Origin: Balanoglossus misakiensis
Taxonomy: Eukaryota; Animalia; Hemichordata
NCBI GenBank assembly: GCA_040954595.2
Contig: CM082589.2
Coordinates: forward strand, 6,569,186 to 6,633,185
DNA length: 64,000 bases
Direction of reading: 5' to 3'
Shown here: piece by piece, positions 55,535 to 64,000 of the stretch
How the letters are laid out: every line of letters starts with the position of its first letter
How positions within the stretch are numbered: the stretch's first letter is position 1
Notes under the pieces: generated by a model
The model's database searches: none
Told to the model about the DNA's origin: nothing
What the model saw: the letters and a program-made list of their open reading frames with translations, nothing else
Program-made: the position numbers and the translations under genes

Positions 55535-55653
55535 ATACATACATACATCGTACATACATACATACATACATACATACATACATACATACATACATACATA
55601 CATACATACATACATACATACATACATACATACATACATACATACATACATAC
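55535..55653. repeat. (CATA)n microsatellite preceded by (CA)n
   Basis: Directly visible. Confidence 0.97.
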
Positions 55654-57373
55654 ACAGTAACACTCACTCCTTCGTTCATACTTTGTTGACATGGCCTATT
55701 TTAAGTTTCGAGGCTAAACTACACCACAAATACAGAGAAAAAACATCATATTGCACAAAAGTAAACTAAAATTCGAAAGCAGAAGTAACACATTCAAACT
55801 AAAAACATAGAAGGTATAGGCATAACTGCAAATATAAGATATTTTTAAGTGTATTACAATCTTACTAAGCAACAACAACAATTGAAAAAGGCAAAATACA
55901 CTATGAGCTATTGACATAGAAAGACATTTTTTTTGCTTGTTTCTATATCTTCTTTTATCCAAAGTCTACTTGCTAGCTATAAAGGCACTCATAATTTTCA
56001 GTTGTATATTTCTGTAAATATGATCAGCACACGTACAAATTATACAAAAATAATCCACAGTATACTATCAAATAAATTTTTAAATCCATCTTGCCCCTAT
56101 TTGCCCTTGTGTACATATATACTTTTCGTCACTAATATTCCTGTACCATTTATGCAAATCCAGAGACGGTTACTTTTATAAACTAATGCACAATGCAGTA
56201 CGGCGAATTCATTATTCATGAATAATTCTGTAGCACTTGTACCTGCATCATGCAGTCATTATTGCGGGATAATTCTAGAGTACATGTACATGTACTCACA
56301 TTCTACTTCACAGCAAATACCTTGCACCTCTGACAATACAATCCAAGTTGTATCAAAACATGCATAATTGTTTCATATCTGGACGGCTTTTTGATTAGAA
56401 ACATTTACTCACTCCCCTCAGCACCTAACGAGGCTTTGACACTGCGCTTGCCATGAAAAGTACGGAAAAAAAACACCTCAAGAAACATTCAGAAAGTTAA
56501 TTGGCACATTCCTTTAAGATATGATAAACAGTGTCAGTTTAAAAGAGGTAACAACAAAGATCCAGTATCCATGACAGAGGAAACAGCACATTGCCAAGTT
56601 TCAAGGTCATCATGGCCTTGTAAATTTGAAAGCAATTCATATTTTGATTTGGCAGAAAATATTTTTTTATCTAACACTGGCTGTCATACTTCTCTCCTAG
56701 AGGCTTCAATACTGTATATACACATTGACAAAAAATTTGAAATATATAGTTTTTCAAGAGCGAAGAGCACCACTTTCTGTTGGACAATTTTATAGATCTG
56801 TAAATAGTACAATGACACGAAAGGATAAACAAAGACTTTTAAGAGAGTGTAGCACTTGCAATATAGAACACACAAAAAATAAACAGTCGACTCATGAAGA
56901 AGGATAGTACCTATGGTAAACATTGTATGAGGCTCAAGATCTCAGACATATGAGAGTAGGTGGTGGCAAAACTTGTGAGTTCATAGCATTTTACCTTTAC
57001 ATAGCAAGTCTTTCTGACCAATAAATTTTAAAAGTTTCTCCTACATCAGAATTTGCACAATAAGAAACCAAGACTGACCAGTAGTACTACAATTAATGGG
57101 TCGTACCGGAAGTCTGAATGACATAAACATGCTAGAGCTGAATGCGACGGAAAAAACATGAATCCTACACTTTGAATTTTTCTTCTTCTACAACCTAGAC
57201 CAGTCAGAGCAGACTAAATACATGTAATGTAAAAAATTAGGGGAAACCACTGAACCATCTAGAATTGAGCTAATTATTATTGGCTGTCCAAGATTTACTT
57301 GAACAATCAAGAGGCACTTGAGAAAGTTTCCACACAAACAAGCACAAGAATCGTGTGCAAAAGTCAGAAATGT

Positions 57374-57466
57374 TTCAACCCTTCCACCCCATTTCCCATG
57401 TTAAGGTCCAATTTTACCATAGAAAATAATGGTTTTGGACCAAACCATGGTGGTGAAAGGGTTTCA
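57374..57466 (+). mobile_element. Copy of the 85-bp piggyBac-like MITE, flanks decayed
   Basis: CCCTTCCACCCC...GGTCCAATTTTACCATAGAAAATAATGGTTTTGGACCAAACCATGGTGGTGAAAGGG is homologous to 35791-35875. Confidence 0.7.
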
Positions 57467-58557
57467 AAACCAGGTGGGTAAGGAATGAAACAGTTGCCTT
57501 CACAGAAATCGCCGCTACACAGAGCCATTGATACTTGAGCCATAATTCTTCTCAAAGTTCTATACCTCAAACTATTCTTTGGCGAATGTCATCTCCATCT
57601 TCCAGAACAACTCTTTCTATCTTATAAAGAATTAGTAAAATTACAAAGCTTAGACTCGGAATTTATGGCGATACTGTTGTGTACAATGTATGTCCTCAAC
57701 TAGCTCATACAGGAATTCTGTGTAAATATACGATTTTGGCAATTGAAATATTGATAGACTGGCCTCTGGGATAACAAGTTTACACATTCAGCATAAAATC
57801 CTGACCACAAAGAATCAGTATTAAATTTAAGATGAAGAGTTCCTTAGTTTTACACTCTTCCAAGATTCTTGCATGAACATAGTAGAACATGGAACGTTTA
57901 TATCTTTTCTTGTATACATGTAAAGTGTTTCGCTCTTTTATATCCTAGGTTACAATCTCAGATGCATAACAATATGCAAGAAGTGAAATCAATCTGTACA
58001 TATAAAATAGCTCAGTAACAAAGTCGATACAAATTGGACGGATTTCAGACCATTACAGAGTTGATATAGCAACTAAATCTGAAGGTCAAAGGTCAACTGC
58101 AGGGGGGTGGTGTCTGTTTTGTGCATATTTTGTGACTTGACAGAGTGTCCTAACATGGTTGCAGTAAAAGAAGGTCTTGTGAGATTTCAACTGTTTTCCA
58201 CTGATTCAAAATGTGCATGAGTTAACTTGAATGTCATAGTGTGCAAAAACTTGTGCCTCTTTCCCGTTGTATACAACCTGCTAACCCATATGCGACCTTT
58301 TGCATCCTATTCTATAGCCCTCTCCCTCCACCACATGGTACCTGACCTCAATGGGTCAGAGGTCAGATGTCATGACACTGAAGTGTCCTACAGGTGTTCT
58401 TGTGTACCTGGATGTCCTAATGTTGGCACCCACCATACAATAACAGCTTATCGCAAATTACTGAATATTCAAGGGTTACCTTGGCAATAACCACATCACT
58501 CATACTCCACTAAAAAGTTGTCTCACTGTTCTGCTTAAAAACCAAAACAAAAATTTA

Positions 58558-61500
58558 TTAATCAACAAAAGTACCCGTTTCCAAAATTTCTTCCATTTCA
58601 TGTATTAATTTTGGATTAATTTGGTTACCCTCCTTGGCGAGGATCTTTTCAATAATTTCATTTTCCTTGACCAGTGTGACCAGTTTCTCCCCACCTTCAT
58701 CGCCGATGTTGTTATTCTCAATTTGTAGCGTGGTCAGTTTCTCGTTTTCGTTCAGCGCGTTGGCGACGGCTTGGCACCCCCTGTTTCCGAGGTCATTACC
58801 ACCGATTTCCAAAGTCAACAGCGACGAATTATCGGTTAACGGATCGCTGATGGTTTCCCAGCCGTCTAAGTCGATCTTGTTGCCGTTCAACTTGAGCGTT
58901 TTGACGCCGTTTTTGGACAGCAGCAGTTTCGCGATGTGCGCAGCGCCCTCGGTGTCGATGCCGCACTCGCTGAGGTCAAGCTCTTCCAACTGGGTTCCTT
59001 CCACAGCGGCCAACAAATCCTTGAGTTCGCTTTCCTTGATGGTGTTTCCTTGCAAGCTGAGGGGATAAAATAAAGACAAAAATAACCCACATGGCCTTTC
59101 GTATTTTGCTGTAGGGTGCAGTGGTTTACCCATTCACCACCAAAGTTTGATTTGCAGTTTTTATCTGAAAGTTAAACAACACATTTACAAAAAACATGCA
59201 CAGTTTTGAACAAAAGCAAAAATGTGTACTATGAGAATGAGTTCGTGAAACGCATTCAAAGTACTAGCCACAGCAGTGGTTGGTTCAGGTCGTACTTACC
59301 TCAAAGACCGCAATGATTTCTTGAGTAGAGTTTGTAAGACAGGTATCAAGGCCTGCATACCACCTTCATCCAAACTATTAGACTGCAGGTCAAGTTTCTG
59401 TAGGCAAGATAAGAACAGAGTTGCTTAATTTGTCAAAATAGGGGACAGGCACTGAAAAAAATGATTGGCATTCACCAGTCTAAGGTCGAAGATACAACTG
59501 CCATGGAGTTTTTGTGTACACTGGTTGATGAAGAGACATATTTCACAAATATCTGAAAATTACCTTGATATTGGAATTTTCCAACCCTTGCAAAACAGAG
59601 ATGTCTTCTCTAGATAATGGACTGGATTTCCAGTGAAGACTTTCCACTATTTGATTCTCGGCCAGTTTCTCCTTGATGGTTGTCATCTGAAAGCAGAAAG
59701 CGATCAAAACTCGGTTCTCAACTCTGTACAGCGCACATGCAAGACATGTGGTACTCTTTCATCATTAGAGAGTTCTTAATTGAGAAATTATAGTAAAACT
59801 TCCAGGTCATACGTAACAGCTTTTCTAGGACTATCCACCAAAAGTATACTAATTCCAGGACTATACAGAAGCATATGTTTCCTAGACATAAAGCTCTGCC
59901 AACTGAAACATGATAATAAATATTATGATACATATTTGACTCTTGACAAAGTGTTAAAAGCAACACTCTAAAAGTTATTACCTGATCTGAGGAGTATTTT
60001 CCTGGTCCCAGAACCACAGTTTTATCGCCAAGACTTGCAATGTCCAGTTCTGGTCCTTCGGGTACTGACACCTCTTCTTGTGCGGGCAGAGTTTCGGCCT
60101 CAGGTTCTTGCTGTGGTGCTTGTTCAGACTGGGCCTCAGCAACGGTCTCTGATGGCTTTTCTGACTTCGTCTCGTCCACCGCCTCTGCTGCTGATTCAGG
60201 CTCCGGATCAGCCTGGCTTTCAGCGGCTGGTTCTGGTTCAGGCTGGGATCCTGTGGCTGCCTCTCGTTCAGCTTCAGGCTGGTTTTCCGTTCCTGATTCG
60301 ACTTCCGGTTTGGTTTCCGCCGCCGGCTCTCCTGGCTCGGACGGAGTTTCGGTCGCTGACTCTGGCTCCGTTTCTGGATGGCTTTCGGGAGAAGGTTCCG
60401 GCTCGGACTTGGTTTCAGCCGCTGGATCTAGTTCTTGGTCGGACTGACTCACGGGGCCTCCAGCGTCGGACTGACTCTCAGAAGCCTGTTCCGGTTCAGA
60501 CTTTGTTTCTTCCACCGGTGCCTGCTCTGCATCAGATTGGCTCTCTGCCGCTGGTTTCACTTCTGGTTCGGATTCTTCCACTTTTTCTTCCTTTGATTCA
60601 GGCTTCGTTTCAGCCACCACTTCTTCTCCGGTGTCAGACTTGGTTTCTGGCTCAGATTCAGACTTAGTTTCAGCAACTGCAGAGTCTGCCACTGGCTCTT
60701 GCTCCACTTCCGAATGAGTCTCCGCGGTTTGTTCTTCTCCTTCGGACAGTTTCTCTCCATCAAGTACTGTGGGTGGTGACTTCACATCAGTTTCCTCTTC
60801 AGTCTCAGACCTGGCGTCCTCCTTATCGGCATCAGACTCAGCCTTAGTATCCATCACCTCAGTCTGTTCAGCCGCACCAGTATCTGCGACTGGTTCCGTT
60901 TCTGACGGACCATCTTCAGTTTTCTTGCCATCGTCGTGGGTTTCTACAGGAGGTTCTGGACTAGGGGTGGTTTCAGCCACTGGTTCTGGTTCAGACGGAC
61001 TTTCTAGCACAGGTTCATGTTCCTTGTCCGACTGGCTCTCTGTGGCCGCTTCTTGGCCAGGCTGGGTTTCTACCACCGGTTCTTGTGCTGGTTCAGACAC
61101 AGTTTCTGGTACGGGCTCTGACTCGGATCGTGTTTCTGCTACTGGTTCTTGATCTTGTTCTGGTGCAGCCACCAGTTCTGGTTCCGATTGATCTCCTGTG
61201 GCTGGTTTGGGTTCAGATTTGACTGCTTCTACCACAGACTCTGGCTCTGTGTCTGAAGCTGCCCCCTTTTCGTGTTCTGAATCATGTTCTGACTTTTCTC
61301 CAGCTGTGTCTGGTTCAGGTTTGGGTACATCTTGATCGGGTTCCGACAGAGTTTCAGCAGGTGCTTCTGGTTCGGACTTGCTCTCAACTGACACTTCTTG
61401 TTCCGGCTCAGACTTTGTTTCCATGGTAGCCTCTTCCTCTGGTTCAGAATGGGCTTCTGCAACAGGTTCATCTTTGACTTTGGTGTCTTCGACTGACTCT

Positions 61501-63462
61501 GCATCCGATTTGGTTCCACCATCAGCTTCTTGTTCTACCTCAGATAGCGATTTTTCAACAGGGTCTTGTTGTGGTTCAGACTTCACATCCAATACTGGCT
61601 CTGGTTCTGATGCTGGTTCTTCTTCTTCATTGTGAGTTTCCACAACCGGTTCAGACTGGCTTTCTATCACCGCTTCTTCTACTGGCTCCGAGTGACTTTC
61701 TTCAACTGTCTCCTTTTCGTGTTCAGAGTGGGTTTCGGCGACGTCTTCTTCCTTGTCCTTCGTCTCTACAGCTGGTTCCGTCTCAGACTGACTCTCCAAC
61801 ACCGGTTCTGGTTCAGAGTGATCTTCTGTCGTGTGCTCTTTTTCAGGTTCAGGTTTAGTTTCTACATCCTTTCCTCGCTCTGGCTCAGACTCGACTTCCG
61901 AAGCCTTTTCTTCTTTAGGTTCAGCGTGAATTTCAACAACCGTTTCATGTTCATGCTCAGATGCAGCCTCTACCGCCGGTTCGTCCGCTTCAGGTTCTCT
62001 CTCTTGATCAAGCCTTGCAAGAGAAGGCTTGGTTTCTACATCAACATCATCATCACCCTTGCCATCTGCCTCAGTCTGCCCTTCTTCAGATTTCACATCA
62101 GCCACCGGTTCTGTTTCTGGTTTTGAATCATTGTCAGCCACTGGTTCTGGTTTGGACTGGGTTTCTGCCTTCAGATCATCCACAGATTTTAACCGCTCTT
62201 CACCGTCCGAGTCGACTGCTTGAGATGGACTCGCACTTTCCTTGACCTCTTTGTCTTCAGTCTGCGTCTCTGTAACTTCCTCCTTTTCTTTAGAGTACAC
62301 GTCTTCATCAACATGATCAGGACTGGACGACGTCGCGGTTACTGACTCTTCACTTCTTTCTTTGGCCTCTCTCTCCCGTTTCTCTGCTTTGGCAGCTTCT
62401 TTCGCAGCCTTTCTCTCGCGCTTTTCCTTCTTTGCTTTCTTTTTCTCCTTCTTAGCTGTTAAAAAGACACGATGAACCCAATAATTAATAAAGAAGACAT
62501 TTTTTGTGTTTATTGTCCAAGCTCTCAGTAAGTCAAATTTAAATGTGATAATTGAGAGAGAAATGACAAACATTTATCAGGATGTCTGTATGGCATAACA
62601 AGTGAGATGGCAATTGAAATACACACACTGATTTGAATCAGATATCCACTGTCGAGGATATTTGTTATTTTTGATGCAACAATGTTAGAGTCTTAAAATT
62701 AAAGTCCCATACCTTTCTTCAGGGCAGCAGCTGTTTCATAGGCACTTTCATCGTCACTGGTTTTCAGGGCTTCTGTTTTTTCTCTGTGCCGTTCCTCATC
62801 TGAGTCTTGCTGTTTGTCCGAAGACTCCTCTGCCTCTTTGCGCTTCTTGTGTTTTTTCTTCTTGTGTTTTTTCTTCTCTTCTTTGTCCGATTTCTCTTTT
62901 TCAGTGTCATCTTTGTCGCTTCTCACCGAGCTCTTGGTCTCTTCTGCTTCTGTTGTGGTCAAGAATTCTTCTGATCTGTCTTTCTCTGTCTCGCTTGCCT
63001 CTGGTTGCCTGCTGGCCTCTGCTTGATCCTCCGTCGTCGCGGAAACCCTATCGGCAGCACCGTCACCTGTTTCCTTCGCATCACTCTTTGGGCTGGGTGT
63101 TTCATCGGCCGCAAAACTATCGCTCGAGCTCTTCCGTTCTCGTTTAGATTCATGCTTCTCGCTTTCAATCGACGACAGACTGCTGAGTGAGTATCGGTCA
63201 GAATCCCGCTTATCCACACTCTCCTTCACTTCGCTTTCGTCTTTTATGGACGCCACTTCGGACGCAGAATCAGAGTGAATCTGGTCCCTGTCTGTTCTGG
63301 ACCTAGTGTCAGTTTTCTCAGATTCATCTGGAATCTCATCCTCCTGCTCACTCTTGACGCTCCCTGCATCATCTTTGTCCTTGACTTCTGCCTCGCTGTG
63401 GACAGATTCAACATCACTGTCTTTTTTCTCATCATCAGCCTTGGCATCTTCTTTATCTGAAT
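58558..63462 (-). CDS. Large Glu/Pro/Ser-rich disordered protein with C-terminal RI-like leucine-rich repeats (5' end outside window); exons 63462-62713, 62455-59982, 59686-59564, 59397-59300, 59056-58558
   Basis: Canonical splice sites with consistent phases. LRRs LEELDLSECGIDTEG, LLTLEIGGNDLGNRG and LTTLQIENNNIGDEG. A 2.5-kb exon of EPEP/ETKSE-type repeats. Confidence 0.85.
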
Positions 63463-64000
63463 CTACAAACATGAAAATGTGAAAAAAAAATGGGTTTTAA
63501 TTAATAATCAGAATTCCTAGCCATGCATTGTGTGGTCTTTTACATCCCATGAAAAAATATGTCAGTTTGTTGGTTGTTCTGTAGAACCATTCGCTGGCTG
63601 TTACAACTGACTGTGTAGATTTCAAAATTTAAATTACAACAATATTGGTCTCGGTCTGTATGCTTGAATAGAAGGTAGAATATTTTTTTAAAAAGGAAGA
63701 GGTCATGCACTTTTTTCATAATCATACAATTGCAGTGCATTACCAAATATGGTAAATACTCACATGCAAAAATACAGTGCAAGTGAAAAAAAAAATTAGT
63801 ATCAACGTTATTTCCATATATTAAAGGAAATCACCTGCATAAATGTGATCATAGCAATATCTGATTTGATCAAATTATCACACCGTCTTCTATATAAAGT
63901 ACTCATTAGCATAAACATGGAAATACTGTTATCTGATTATATCATTATATGTTAATGTATTAATTTGTAACACTCAGAATGTGATTCTGGATTTTTCATA

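Noticed and set aside
60035-63460. Ser-rich plus-strand ORFs
   Set aside because: Antisense shadows of the Glu-rich exons.

Overview
Intron-rich, AT-rich animal genomic DNA. It is probably from a marine invertebrate, possibly a deuterostome such as a hemichordate, which is an inference from gene and repeat style. From left to right the window holds: (1) a 10-kb cluster of five double-hotdog-fold, acyl-ACP-thioesterase-like genes (four complete two-exon genes with mitochondrial-type presequences plus one 5'-truncated copy). One leader exon feeds two duplicated alternative terminal exons, and the catalytic motif is hypervariable across copies. (2) A roughly 30-exon secreted mosaic lectin (FA58C, EGF, C-type lectin, TSP1, 8 SUEL, Ig, F-type lectin, PAN). 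(3) MED23, with two U12-type introns (one AT-AC), a duplicated in-frame cassette exon, a polyQ/H tail and a MITE inserted at its stop codon. (4) A myosin II regulatory light chain gene head-to-head with MED23. (5) A spliced 171-aa gene resembling the bacterial Tlde1/DUF2778 L,D-transpeptidase-like family with a degenerate catalytic motif. (6) The 3' part of a large acidic protein with C-terminal RI-like LRRs. Several MITE families and microsatellites are interspersed. Exon boundaries were read by eye, and family assignments come from motif recall, not database searches.
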